Positions 48,001-56,466 of a stretch of DNA of 64,000 bases are shown piece after piece. Both the position numbers and the translations under genes were made by a program. The DNA comes from Dehalococcoidia bacterium (GTDB taxonomy: Bacteria; Chloroflexota; Dehalococcoidia; Lucifugimonadales; UBA3495). The notes below the pieces were generated by a model. That model was not told the DNA's origin. It worked only from the letters and a program-made list of their open reading frames with translations, and searched no databases. Numbering within the stretch: position 1 is the first letter of the stretch; every line of letters begins with the position of its first letter. The stretch is taken from positions 916,015-980,014 of the forward strand of contig CBDBNP010000006.1 in assembly GCA_965207865.1 (NCBI GenBank). Reading direction: 5' to 3'.

Positions 48001-48434
48001 GTGGGAGTTGGTTCGGGGGCCGGTTCCACACTGAACCGCTCCGAAGTGGGTTTCCCGCATCCGGCGTCGTTGCAGGCCTGGACCCGCACCACCCACTCGC
48101 CGTAGTCGTCCAAGGTGATGGCGGCGCTGGATGACTGGGTTCGCACTCCCTCGTTCAGTCGCTCCCCATTGGGCCGCCAGCGCACGAGGTAGTCGTCAGC
48201 CCCCTCAACGTCGTCCCAGTCCGCAGACACGTTCAGCGAGCCCTGCTCCGTGGCAACGCTCAACCCGGTGGGCTTGGCCGGGACTTCGGAACCATCCTCA
48301 CTCTGCGCACTGAACGGGTTCCAGTCTGCCGACAGCACACCCGGCAGGAACACGGCTGCAAAGACAAGAAGCAACACCGCAAGGGAGAGCAGGATCCAAC
48401 GGGGCAGGAAGGGGGTGGCAGTTGTGGGAGTCAT
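42060..48434 (-). CDS. Giant surface protein: signal peptide, FN3, cadherin-like, LRR, FN3 and many RTX Ca-binding repeats
   Basis: Hydrophobic N-terminus; VRVQACN FN3; PDYE cadherin motifs; LxxLxLxxN LRRs; GGxGxDxL nonapeptides. Confidence 0.92.
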   Translation of the reverse strand: MTPTTATPFLPRWILLSLAVLLLVFAAVFLPGVLSADWNPFSAQSEDGSEVPAKPTGLSVATEQGSLNVSADWDDVEGADDYLVRWRPNGERLNEGVRTQSSSAAITLDDYGEWVVRVQACNDAGCGKPTSERFSVEPAPEPTPTPTPITPNQPPVFDRNNIRIHTVLENYGPLIYAGVYVLRDPENDRITTSLAGADAASFSAYDIRSGNEVRVGLDLNATPDYESPADANGDGVYEVTIQATDAGGSGETTKLDVTVTVLDVDEAPVITGPATVSFAEHSGSGVGQYSAADPEGGTATQTLGGTDAASFTFADGTLTFNAAPDYETKDSYSVTLTASDGTNTSTLGVTITITDVDETTVNFGPVVDDQAERYQGFTGTDNAPRGTLVSKVYDGIFSDPNGDTLTYTVSIPADRSGLVDTVYVLKSAQRVFIRLDADDDWGAVTPALPKPLVTTVTLTATDPGGLSASVTGEFRTNWEAAPASALSSVCDRTPQVRDVLVKLLGKACENITAEDLSRVTRLGLSNTGLRSLRTEDFSGMSSLREVDVSSNSFTAWTDVCGTGKWGDSVTDINLNNNKDIGGTGAALPGNCFVGAPNLKTLHLAGTRINSLPANAFGATGSRLTDLWWLDLSRNQIATLDVNVFDGLSNLWYLDLGRNELTSTGLPASATASVFEDLSSLEWLALNNQFEQDEDNEFEPKTTALLTSLNANVFTGLTNLKELDLANNGFTKTSPNILPDGVFTPLTSLEGLALFGNDGAPWTVAQLIAKGVRNNGTNLQAVVLQDEAPPGNFEVEPGDGKITLSWTKPSGTGTTHQYRYQTRDPDAANPRWSDFSAWTDTGTPTDDGTGTLEVDVTGLTAGHNYFFQIRSVKSGAHSFHANANYDSVSYGTSGVDRLVGVFGPDYIVGLAGNDHLIGGGGSTEKLEGGDGDDVLDGSQSSNAALSGGAGDDTLFSGYGANLDGGAGTDIVSYARADVGVTLDLADATNNEDIARSNTFTSIERYDGSVYDDSFTGDGNANVFEGGAGDDTLDGAAGSDTVSYTGSSAAVTVSLNDNTTSGGDAEGDTISNFENITGSDYDDTLTGDANANVLGGEGGDDTLEGLAGGDTLNCGDGVDTLSYASSNAGVTVKLFENTASGGHAASDTISNCENLTGSAVADTLAGDANVNVLKGAAGADALTGRGGDDVIEGGAGGDTKNGGAGTDTVSYAGSSAAVTVTINGTVSGGDAAGDTLSNFENILGSTHADTLTGDANANVIEGGAGGDTLDCAGGSDTLSYAGSSAGVTVNISDSTASGGDAQGDTISNCENITGSEYHDFLTGDANNNVITDLGGASTQWGGAGDDRLIGGSGEDKLWGQDGDDTLMGGPGTDQLGGGPGADILNGGTLDQKRWEGDWVDYTESDAGVTVNLTTGKGTGGHAEGDTYISIEGAWGSVHDDTLIGNADNNWFIGFGADDSFDGGAGYDMVFYYWPWIDSGITFDLTTPSNNTGQAVGDTFTSIEEFLMTLGPDIVIGDAEDNIFQGYYGDDNIKGMDGNDTIRGNNGADTLIGNRGDDTLYGNAHNDDMYGGFGDDVLYGGSGNDAVQGQEGNDTLYGGSGADTLEGGDGDDTLEGGSGSDTLWGEGGTGDTLSYASSGAGVTVNIADRTASGGHAQGDTGLGGFENLIGSAHADTLTGDANANVIEGGAGDDTLEGLAGADTLRGQAGNDTASYASSGAAVTVHIGNNTASGGHAAGDRLFDILNLIGSAHADTLTGDANANEIYGGNGDDILEGLAGADTLRGQVGNNTVTYASSGAGVTVHIGNNSASGGHAAGDTFFGIQNLIGSAHDDTLTGDANANEIYGGNGDDTLEGLAGADTLRGQAGNDTASYASSNAGVAVNIATTNGSGGHASGDSLFGIQNLIGSAHADTLTGDANANRITGGAGADTINGGAGADTLDGSAGTDTVSYVGSDAAVNVSINGNASGGHAAGDTISNFENITGSAHNDIFTGDGNANVLWGREGNDTMSGGGGNDRLRGGAGNDLLAGAAGTDEFIFFGSFGNDTISAYASGEKIWICIGSGKGNGNGQVNWTSAADGVNWKITVTSKDNSGNSTSDGVITLLVNSSGPGSNVAWANPTGATCSF
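42694..43440. repeat. 237-bp (79-aa) near-identical tandem units in the RTX region
   Basis: TCGCCGGTGAGGGTGTC recurs at 42694, 42931, 43168 and 43405. Confidence 0.85.
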
Positions 48435-48515
48435 GCCGTCACCTCCTCAGGGTGACGGGCACCGGGCTCCCGGTTTTGGTGGTTAGATGAGGCGGAAAGT
48501 CGGGGGGGGGGGGGG

Positions 48516-49851
48516 CTGAAAGGGGTATGTAAAGGGTTTTCAGGGGGGCGCGTGGCAGGTAATTTCCAGGTTGGGCTTGGGTGTGGGCCAGGGTTCGGGC
48601 AGCAGCCAGACCTGGGTCCAGAGCCTTCCCTTGAGCATCAGCCGTCTCAGCCAGTTGACGCCGTGGCGGAATACGCTGACGATGCGGGGCGGACGGCTCC
48701 GAGGGTCCCGGTGATTGGGAGCCAGAGCCATGGGCGGCTTTCTCAGGTTGCCCGGGGCGATTTTGCGGTCATGGGCGTCCTCCACTCTGGTGCCATAGGC
48801 CAGGGCCAGCAGGGTGGCCACCGAGAGCACCAGCCAGTGGCGGGAGACGCGAGCGGGGTCGGTGCGCTGGGTCTTGTCCCACTTCCAGCCCAGGCTCTTG
48901 AGGGCCTTGAAGCCCAGCTCGATCCAGAAGCGCAGGGCGTACCAGCTGGGTCCCACCTTGTCGGGCGCCAGGTCGGTGAGGATGATCCAGGGTTCCTCCT
49001 GCTCGGAGTACCAGACCACCAGCAGGGTGCACCGGCGTTTGGCCTTGGTGGTGCTGAAGGCGGTGCCACGGCCGATCCACGCCGTATCGGGACGGGAGAC
49101 GAAACGATGGGCGGGCAAACGTTTGCCACCGTCGGCGCAGAAAGTGATGTTCTTCCGGTAGCGCATACCGGGATGCCAGCCCTGGGCGCGTATCTGTTTC
49201 CACAGCTTGGGACTGGCGATGCCCCGGTCGCAGAGCACGATTACGGTCTTGTTCCTGGGGACCGCTGGGGCCAGTTCCTGGAGCAGCTTCACGGTGGGGT
49301 CGGCCCAGGAGCCTTTCTGGGTGGCGTGATGGATGCGCCAGGCCACGGGGATGGCGCAACTGCGGTAGAGGACGCTGATGACGATGGCGGTGGTCCGGTC
49401 GCCCTTGAGGGTGGGGTCGATGGCCAGGGCGAGATGTTCCGAATGCCACCAGGCCAGGACCCAGCGGAGCAGGGGCGCAAAGCAGAGGGTTACATCCAGT
49501 TGGGTTTTGCAGGGGCGGGCCCGGTCGCTGCCGTCGTAGAGCCACTCCCGGAGATACTGTCGAAATTTGTTCCATCCGCCCCAGGGAGAGAGGGCCGAGG
49601 CGACGGCGTTCTGGCAGGCGCTGCCGGCGAGGATGGCCCCGCAGACCCACAGCGCCAAGCCGGCCAATTGTGGCTGAGAGAGGTGAGGTAAATGCGTTTC
49701 AATAGTTTGCTGAATCTGATAGGTTTCTCTGGGAAGGCGCATGGGGGACCTCCGGTGTCTGGGTGTGTGACTAACACCAGAATGCCGGATTCTCCGGCGC
49801 GTTCCCAAGGTTCATTTGGAGCCAATTTCAGCCGTTACATACCCCTTTCAG
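48516..49851 (-). mobile_element. IS4-superfamily insertion sequence with perfect 17-bp TIRs, inserted in a poly-G tract
   Basis: CTGAAAGGGGTATGTAA (48516-48532) and TTACATACCCCTTTCAG (49835-49851); G14 on the left, G13 on the right. Confidence 0.9.
48540..49742 (-). CDS. DDE transposase (IS4-like)
   Basis: LAIDPT, VLCDRG, YALRFWIELGFKALKS (YREK-type motif). Confidence 0.92.
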   Translation of the reverse strand: MRLPRETYQIQQTIETHLPHLSQPQLAGLALWVCGAILAGSACQNAVASALSPWGGWNKFRQYLREWLYDGSDRARPCKTQLDVTLCFAPLLRWVLAWWHSEHLALAIDPTLKGDRTTAIVISVLYRSCAIPVAWRIHHATQKGSWADPTVKLLQELAPAVPRNKTVIVLCDRGIASPKLWKQIRAQGWHPGMRYRKNITFCADGGKRLPAHRFVSRPDTAWIGRGTAFSTTKAKRRCTLLVVWYSEQEEPWIILTDLAPDKVGPSWYALRFWIELGFKALKSLGWKWDKTQRTDPARVSRHWLVLSVATLLALAYGTRVEDAHDRKIAPGNLRKPPMALAPNHRDPRSRPPRIVSVFRHGVNWLRRLMLKGRLWTQVWLLPEPWPTPKPNLEITCHAPP

Positions 49852-50377
49852 GGGGGGGGGGGGGTAAGAAACGGCTACCCGCTACACGCGGGCAAACCAA
49901 GGCCGTTCCGGCTACGTCAGGCAGCGCCGCGAATGCAGGGAACTGCAGGACAAAAGGAAATCGAGAGTTGGTTGACGAGGGCCGGACCGGCAGATGATCA
50001 GCCCGGCACCCGGGAAGGGCAAGGGCCATGACAATTCGACCTCTACATCCTGAGAATTCCAGCATCCTGGCGCGGCTCGTAACGTCGCACTCGCAGGTAA
50101 GCCGGAAAAGCTTATCATCATTTCCATCACAATGGCGTCTCTTTATAACCAACATGTATATCGTTTGCGTATCCTATAGGCTTCAAGCAGGGATGACAGG
50201 CTAGAGATGGTTTTGAGGCAGGATGGCGTGGCGGGTCTTATAGGAGGAGCCGATGTGCAGCAACAGCCAACATGGAAGGGAGACTCAGGCCCTGCGGGAG
50301 CGGATCGCCGAGTCCCCGTGAGGTCCATCCATTTCCCTCCCGGCCGACCATTTGCCGAACGTCGAAAAGCCTGCCTG

Positions 50378-52141
50378 TCAACCCCGGAAGTGGAGCGCCG
50401 CCGTCACTCCGTCCCTGCTCCACACCGTCACTGGGCCGGTGAGCGGCCCGGCCAGGGCCTCCTCCTGGGTGGCGGTCAGCATGGGCAGGTCGCCGGCGAC
50501 GGCCTCGAAGTTCTGCCGGGCCAGCGCCGTCTCGCACACCATCAGCAGCGGCAGGGGACGCATTGCCCGGGCCATGCGGCGGTAGGGTCCCAGCTTGCGC
50601 TCAACTTCAGAGGGAGATACCGAGTAACGCTCGAACTCGATGCAGTGGGTCTCCGCTCCCAGGGGGCCCTGGCTGACCTGCACCAGCAGGTCGGGCCGCA
50701 CCTGGGTCAGGCCGGGCACGTTCACCTCGCCACGCCAGCCGGCGACAACGGCCACGCCTTCCCGTGCGAAACGCACCACCAAGCGGTTCACGCCGTCGTT
50801 GTGGTGCTGTTCCTGATCCCGGAACCAGCGGCCCAGGTAGGCACCGTGGCGACGGCGGATCACGGCGGGCAGTATCCGGCTCATGTTGGCCGCCCGCCTC
50901 ATGCCCCGCTCCGAGAGGTAGTGCCTCCCGTCGAACACCGCCACCAAGCCGGTGTCCACGAAACGGCGCAGGTGGCGGGAGACCTCGCCGGGCGAGCCGC
51001 CGACGACCACGCTGAGCCAGGAGGCCCGCATGGCCGGGAACTGGCAGAGGGCCAGGAACAGCCGGTGGGCCAGCCTGCCGTCGATGGCCGCCACGTCGGG
51101 GTTCTGCCTCAGCCACAGGTCCACGCTCTCGGGCCTGCCGACGCTGGGATGGCCCGATGGGTCGGATACAAGATCACGGGAGGGCCACAGCTCTACGGCA
51201 GGGGTGCACTGGCCGTCTGGAGTGCAGAAGATGGTCGGCGTGGAACGGGGCAGGGTGCTCTGGGCCAGGGACCTGGCCCAGGCGTCCACGGCCACCACCA
51301 CCTGTCCCGAGGGCTCAACCTCCTGGTCCGGGTCCTCGTAGAACGTGCGGTTGCCGATTCTCAGGTAGCGGCCTTCCTCGCTGGAGTAGCAGTCCACGCC
51401 CCAGAACCGGTGCAGCTCCTTGCGCCGCAGCACCCGTTCGGTAGCGTGCATACCAGCGTAGGTGAACGGGGTCCAGAGGTCCGGGCCGTAGCGGGCCACG
51501 GCGTGATAGAAACCGCCGTGCCGGAGCAGCCGGAAGTCGGTCATCCTGGCCTCCCTGGTGGTGGCGGTGTCACTCGCGGGCAGGCTGACCCGGCCGCTGC
51601 GCAGCAGGTCCGGGGCCAGGCGGTAGACAGGCTCCAACATGGCCAGACGGCGCAGGGACATCTCCACGCCCCGCGACGTTGCGGTCCAGGGCGGGTGCTC
51701 GTGGCCGGCCTCATCGCTGGTCTGGTCAGACGGTTCACCGCCGGCAAAGGGAGAGTTTTCCTGGCTCTCCTGGTGCACCGGATGATCGTGGTCCAGGGCG
51801 AAACGCTCCCGGTATTCTTGGGGCAGTTCACGCTGCGGGCGGAACTGGGCCTGGACCTCGGCCCGGGCCTCCTCTCTGGAGCTGGGATGCTGGTGGCCGG
51901 TCTCGTACAGCAGGTCCACGGCCTGGCCGGTGAGGAAGAACCGGTGCTGGCGCCTCTCGGTCATGCCCCGCATCACCGAGGCCACCCAGCCGCCGGAGTG
52001 CAGGCGGCCCAGCATCCTCCTTACCTGATCCTCGGTGGTTTCCATCGCTGACGCCAGATTGTTCACTCTGGCCAGGGGCATCCTTGCGGTGATTCTCAGC
52101 AGTCGTCGCTGTTCGTCGTCCAGTGGTTGCCGGGAGGCCAT
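50378..52141 (-). CDS. Third tandem wHTH/PD-(D/E)xK (Replic_Relax-like) protein
   Basis: Two wHTH modules; HNDGVN...VRPDLLV...CIEFER...KLGPY; AGGAGG RBS. Confidence 0.72.
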   Translation of the reverse strand: MASRQPLDDEQRRLLRITARMPLARVNNLASAMETTEDQVRRMLGRLHSGGWVASVMRGMTERRQHRFFLTGQAVDLLYETGHQHPSSREEARAEVQAQFRPQRELPQEYRERFALDHDHPVHQESQENSPFAGGEPSDQTSDEAGHEHPPWTATSRGVEMSLRRLAMLEPVYRLAPDLLRSGRVSLPASDTATTREARMTDFRLLRHGGFYHAVARYGPDLWTPFTYAGMHATERVLRRKELHRFWGVDCYSSEEGRYLRIGNRTFYEDPDQEVEPSGQVVVAVDAWARSLAQSTLPRSTPTIFCTPDGQCTPAVELWPSRDLVSDPSGHPSVGRPESVDLWLRQNPDVAAIDGRLAHRLFLALCQFPAMRASWLSVVVGGSPGEVSRHLRRFVDTGLVAVFDGRHYLSERGMRRAANMSRILPAVIRRRHGAYLGRWFRDQEQHHNDGVNRLVVRFAREGVAVVAGWRGEVNVPGLTQVRPDLLVQVSQGPLGAETHCIEFERYSVSPSEVERKLGPYRRMARAMRPLPLLMVCETALARQNFEAVAGDLPMLTATQEEALAGPLTGPVTVWSRDGVTAALHFRG

Positions 52142-52532
52142 GGGTGTCCCTCCTTCTTCGACACTCCTCCCATGGCACCCCTGGCGGTAATTCCGGCGGG
52201 TTCAGCCGTTATTGATGGTCGCGCTGGGAGAGAGTTATCCGTATATCTGATATTTAATATACGGATAACTAGGGTTGGCGGATTACCTATATCGTCGTGC
52301 AATGATCAGAAACGGTTGTTGTAGCTGGATGATGGCGTTGAAACCCCTTAGACGTGGAATCCGTGGCTGTGGATCTGGCAACCGTTGACCTCCCACCCGC
52401 CTCGCAAGTCAAATTTGGCTGCAGCAGCGAGGGGCAAGAGTAAGATGGGGTGGAACACCCGATAACGACAAAACGCCAAGCGTGAATCAGGTTCTATACT
52501 GACTTGGAGACACTGGAAAAGGGAGGGTAAGG

Positions 52533-52919
52533 ATGAAGACTTACTTAGTTGGACAGAAGATGGGCCGGATGGCATATCTTCTGGCGATGGCCGTCTTGGT
52601 TACTTTCGTAGATGCTCCCGTCAACGACAAAGCGTTGGTTTGGACTTTCATGAGCCTCTGCTTCCTCGCCGTTGCGTTCGCCCCGAGCCAGTGGCCGGGC
52701 TGGAGGCAATTGCCATCGCTGGTGATCCTTTATATTCCGACAATAGCCGCGCTCGCAGCGTCCCTCTTTATGCTGGCGCACGCAGGGGGGCTCGGTGTGG
52801 TATCGGCCCTCGCTGTAGGAATGGCGTGGGCAGGAGCCATTGGCGGCGCTTTGACAAACTTGACGTCAGCAATAACCCAGTTGATGGGTCAGTTACGACG
52901 CTATTGGCGGGGCCGCTGA
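52533..52919 (+). CDS. Small polytopic membrane protein
   Basis: GGAGG RBS; about four hydrophobic segments. Confidence 0.6.
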   Translation: MKTYLVGQKMGRMAYLLAMAVLVTFVDAPVNDKALVWTFMSLCFLAVAFAPSQWPGWRQLPSLVILYIPTIAALAASLFMLAHAGGLGVVSALAVGMAWAGAIGGALTNLTSAITQLMGQLRRYWRGR

Positions 52920-53142
52920 TATGTAATCAACGAACGACAAGTTGAGGACGACGTGACCGTCGGTCGAATTTTCATCGACCAGTTTCGAGAACGGTCTGAG
53001 GTTATCGACAACTGGATTGTCGAGGTTGCCAGCGCACTCATAGGAATCGCTACGGTCGCCGACTCCGGAGTCGGGCGACCCGTCTGATTAGTGCATAGCC
53101 CCAACTCGGCTGGTCGGCCTGCCGGTACGGGACGTGGTGCTC

Positions 53143-53931
53143 ACTCGTGACGGAAACTGACCAGCAGGAGCACTCCGAGGGTCAAGATGTTCTGGATCAT
53201 CCCCAGTCTAGGACTGTGCCCCGAGTAGCCTTCACCCTATCCGGCCTGTCTCGCCGCCGAGCCTATCCGCATCGCTATCTGGTTGGATCTCATCCCCAGG
53301 AGCGCCTCGTTGTCGCCGGTGCCACGGCGGACCGACTACAGCAGCTTCATGGTGTCGGCGCCCACCACCCGGCAATCGGAGTCGCCGACGCGCACCCGAC
53401 CGGCCCCACCGTGCAACCTCTCCATGTCTCCCCAGATCAACGTCGCCGCCTGTTTACCCGGAGCCGGACGTCCCGCATAAGGCTGATCATTGACACGTCC
53501 GACATCCCTCGTCGGCGGGCAATGGACACCCGTTTCTCGTGTCCGCCCCTGCCGCTGCGCTGCTCTTTGGTAACCTTCCTGATGGCTAGCTAGGGGTTCA
53601 GGTCGAGAAGTAGAGCCCTGGTGGTGCTAGGAGAGTCGCCCTCCGTCAGTTCGTCCAGGACGGCCCTGGTGACGTCCTGCTGCACAGCTACGTCGAACCC
53701 TGCTTCCCTGTGGCTGCGTGCTATGGCGGCCGCCACCACCTTGAGGGTCGAGGGCTTCGCCCCCGATTCCCGCCGGTCTTTAGGGTGGGCCGCTACGTCG
53801 TCGGAAGCTGCGGGCAGCGAATTGCTACACGATTCCTCGCACCAGGCGACGAAACGGTTCCATTGGCTGGCGTATCTGGCCCCGGGCCGCTTTCTGTCAA
53901 ATCCTGATGTTGCCGGACGTTCTTCAGCCAT
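53143..53931 (-). pseudogene. Cre-like tyrosine recombinase pseudogene
   Basis: YASQWNRFVAWC...AAAIARSHREAG core-binding domain; beyond stops and frameshifts ISLMRD..LRV, TLIWGD and GYSGHSPRLGM. Confidence 0.8.
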
Positions 53932-54283
53932 CGGCAAGCGTCCCTCCGACCACCGCAAATACACCAGCCGCCACCCGGTTTTATAGTAGCACTCACGCCA
54001 ATTGGTGGGAGATTGGAGTAGGCTGTTGACAAACTAAGCTCGTAGTAGGAAAAATTGTTTGGTTGTTGCTGGTCGCGAATTGCGGCGACCCCTTCTTTCT
54101 TTGAAGGGTGCCGACTGAGATTAGGTTGGTTGAATTTTCAAGGGGGTACCGAATGGCTACCTTGCTACAGGGATGGCCTTGATTGGGCCCTGGTAAAGTC
54201 TGCGGTGCCATGAAATGGCGACAGGTTTGAAGACAGATTTTTACTATTTCCGGCAAAGCACTGCTCCGGAACAAGGATGCACA

Positions 54284-54688
54284 ATGGCCAACTTGAAAAT
54301 TTTCGTGAGTTTCGAGTTCGACAAGGACAAGGATCTAAAGAATAACTTTTATCGACAGTCCAAGGATCTCACATCTCACCGAGTTGGAGACTCCTCGCTC
54401 AAAGAAACATATCCAGACGAGCAATGGAAGAAGAAAGCTAGGTCGGCGATCCGCAAATGCGACCTAGTCATAGTCCTGGTAGGTCAAGACACGCATAACG
54501 CTCCTGGCGTGAAAACCGAGGTTGACATCGCTCGCGGCCTTAAGAAGCCCGTGTTTCAGATAATACCCCAGAGGCGTCCTTATACGGGCTTGCAGTACAT
54601 AAAAGCCCCAATTCGTTGGAAATGGAAACGTATCAACAAGAAGATTGACGAATTATGGATCCGCAAACCGCCCGCATCGAACACCTGA
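54284..54688 (+). CDS. TIR-like domain protein (ThsB/DUF1863-like)
   Basis: KIFVSF..D.D...D.SL.E...W...I..CD.VIVLVG..T....V..EV.IA...KP. Confidence 0.85.
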   Translation: MANLKIFVSFEFDKDKDLKNNFYRQSKDLTSHRVGDSSLKETYPDEQWKKKARSAIRKCDLVIVLVGQDTHNAPGVKTEVDIARGLKKPVFQIIPQRRPYTGLQYIKAPIRWKWKRINKKIDELWIRKPPASNT

Positions 54689-55074
54689 AGTTAATTCAGG
54701 CCGTGATAACAAGACTTGCCAGGAATTCTTTTGCTGTTAAGTCGCTGGCTGTGGCGGCTTCTGCGGCCCTAATAGCATTTACGTCAGCAACCGGAACTCC
54801 GTTAGCGTCCGTGGGGGGCGCGGCCATTCTGCCTCTATGGTGGTTGGACGCCAGCTACCTCCGGAACGAACGCCTCTTCCGCGGGCTGTATGACTACATT
54901 CGAGAGGGGCCGCCGGCAGAGTTCGGGGCGTGCCATTATTTCAGCATGGACGTTTCAGTCGCCGAGCAACGCAACGAGGGCATGCTCAAGGTTGTCATCA
55001 GCCGAAGCATATTGTTGGTCTACCTTCCGCTTCTCGTATTGATTGGGTTGGCGTCCCTTATTGCGATCGCATGA
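54655..55074 (+). CDS. 3-TM membrane protein coupled to the TIR gene; putative effector
   Basis: HLKLIQAVITRLARNSF..K...WWLDASYLRNERLFRGLYD...FSMD; overlaps the TIR gene. Confidence 0.75.
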   Translation: MDPQTARIEHLKLIQAVITRLARNSFAVKSLAVAASAALIAFTSATGTPLASVGGAAILPLWWLDASYLRNERLFRGLYDYIREGPPAEFGACHYFSMDVSVAEQRNEGMLKVVISRSILLVYLPLLVLIGLASLIAIA

Positions 55075-55220
55075 CTGTTAAGATAGTCCTTTCTTGAAGC
55101 TTCCGTGCCAGTGGAAACTCGAGAGTATTTCACCCTGAATTTGCTGCCTAGCTATCACCCTTTACGTTAGGAGTGAAGCCAGTTGTCCTGACTTTGTGAT
55201 AAAGAGGTTAATCGATCTCT

Positions 55221-55988
55221 ATGATGCGACTTGACCCGGGCGCCAAGTACAGCCGAGCAGACGTCAAAGAGATTGCGGGTTTGTCTCGCGACGCCAAGGG
55301 CGGGAACTGGGACACCGGAATCGTGGAGCATGATTCCGAGTTCCTAATATTCGCCAACGTTGGAACCGAAGGGCGGACTGGCCACGACTACAACAACCGA
55401 TGGGAGGGGGAGTGGTTTCGCTGGTCTCACAAAGGAGGCTCCCGACTCCGATGGACGAGTGTCCGTAAACTGTTGGAGGAGGGGAGACGGGTTCACCTTT
55501 TCTGGAGGGAATCGAATTCCGCCCCCTTCGAGTATGCTGGCTTGGCCAAGGCGATTGAAGTCCTGGACAAATCTCCTGTAGAAATCCTTTGGACCTTCGA
55601 AGGCGTAACCCATGATGGAAACTTCTTCCAGGGTCCAGACGAGGTCCATTCGGAGGAGTACACGGAAGGCACTGCTCATCAGGTGTCGGTGAACATGTAC
55701 GAGAGAAGCGCCAGCGCTCGCCGAGCTTGCATTGACCACTACGGGACAAGTTGCGTCGTCTGCTGCCTAAATTTCGAGGACCTTTACGGACCGATAGGCT
55801 CTGGATACATCCACGTTCATCACCTGGTTCCTCTTTCCGATTGTGGAGAGGGTTACAAAGTCGATCCGGTCAAGGACCTTCGCCCCATTTGCCCCAACTG
55901 TCACGCGATGGCCCACAGGCGAGTCCCGCCGTATTCGGTTGAAGAAGTCAGGCTGATGCTAAAAGCAAGGTCCGCACTCAGTCCGTAG
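55221..55988 (+). CDS. HNH endonuclease with N-terminal DUF3427/SRA-like domain; candidate modification-dependent restriction enzyme
   Basis: HDYNNRW...F.W...VHLFWR....F.Y.G; YERS..AR..CI...CVVC...HVHH.VP...CPNCHAM.H. Confidence 0.85.
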   Translation: MMRLDPGAKYSRADVKEIAGLSRDAKGGNWDTGIVEHDSEFLIFANVGTEGRTGHDYNNRWEGEWFRWSHKGGSRLRWTSVRKLLEEGRRVHLFWRESNSAPFEYAGLAKAIEVLDKSPVEILWTFEGVTHDGNFFQGPDEVHSEEYTEGTAHQVSVNMYERSASARRACIDHYGTSCVVCCLNFEDLYGPIGSGYIHVHHLVPLSDCGEGYKVDPVKDLRPICPNCHAMAHRRVPPYSVEEVRLMLKARSALSP

Positions 55989-56466
55989 TGGTGGCGTGAA
56001 TCATCGCACATAGGATTCGTAATGTGCAGACCATCGCTTCGACGACGTGTAGGGAATCCGAATTCGCTAAGGCACTGGGACGGAATTTACCTTCTGCGCA
56101 GCCGGGCACTAAAAGAAAGGATTTCCACAAGGCGGCGATGTAGGGTCGGTTGCCCGAAATCAAGTCTTTGCCAGGGAGTGAGATGAAGTTCCCAAGTGGT
56201 CACTTGCTGAGTTGGGGATTTGAACCGATGAGGAGCTGAACTTGGGATTGGTACTGAATATCGATGGGTAAACCATCGCAATCGAAGTTGGCGCTTTTAT
56301 CGTCTGAATTGTCGAGAATTTGCGCTTAAGAAAAGTAACCGCCGTGTTAAACGTGAAGATTAAGTGACCGCAGCCGACCATGTGCGTTAGAATCGAGTGC
56401 AAACGCAACATCCATTCGTATCCTGAAACGCCTCAGATTTCGCACCTTTAGGGAGGCCATGGGGAC

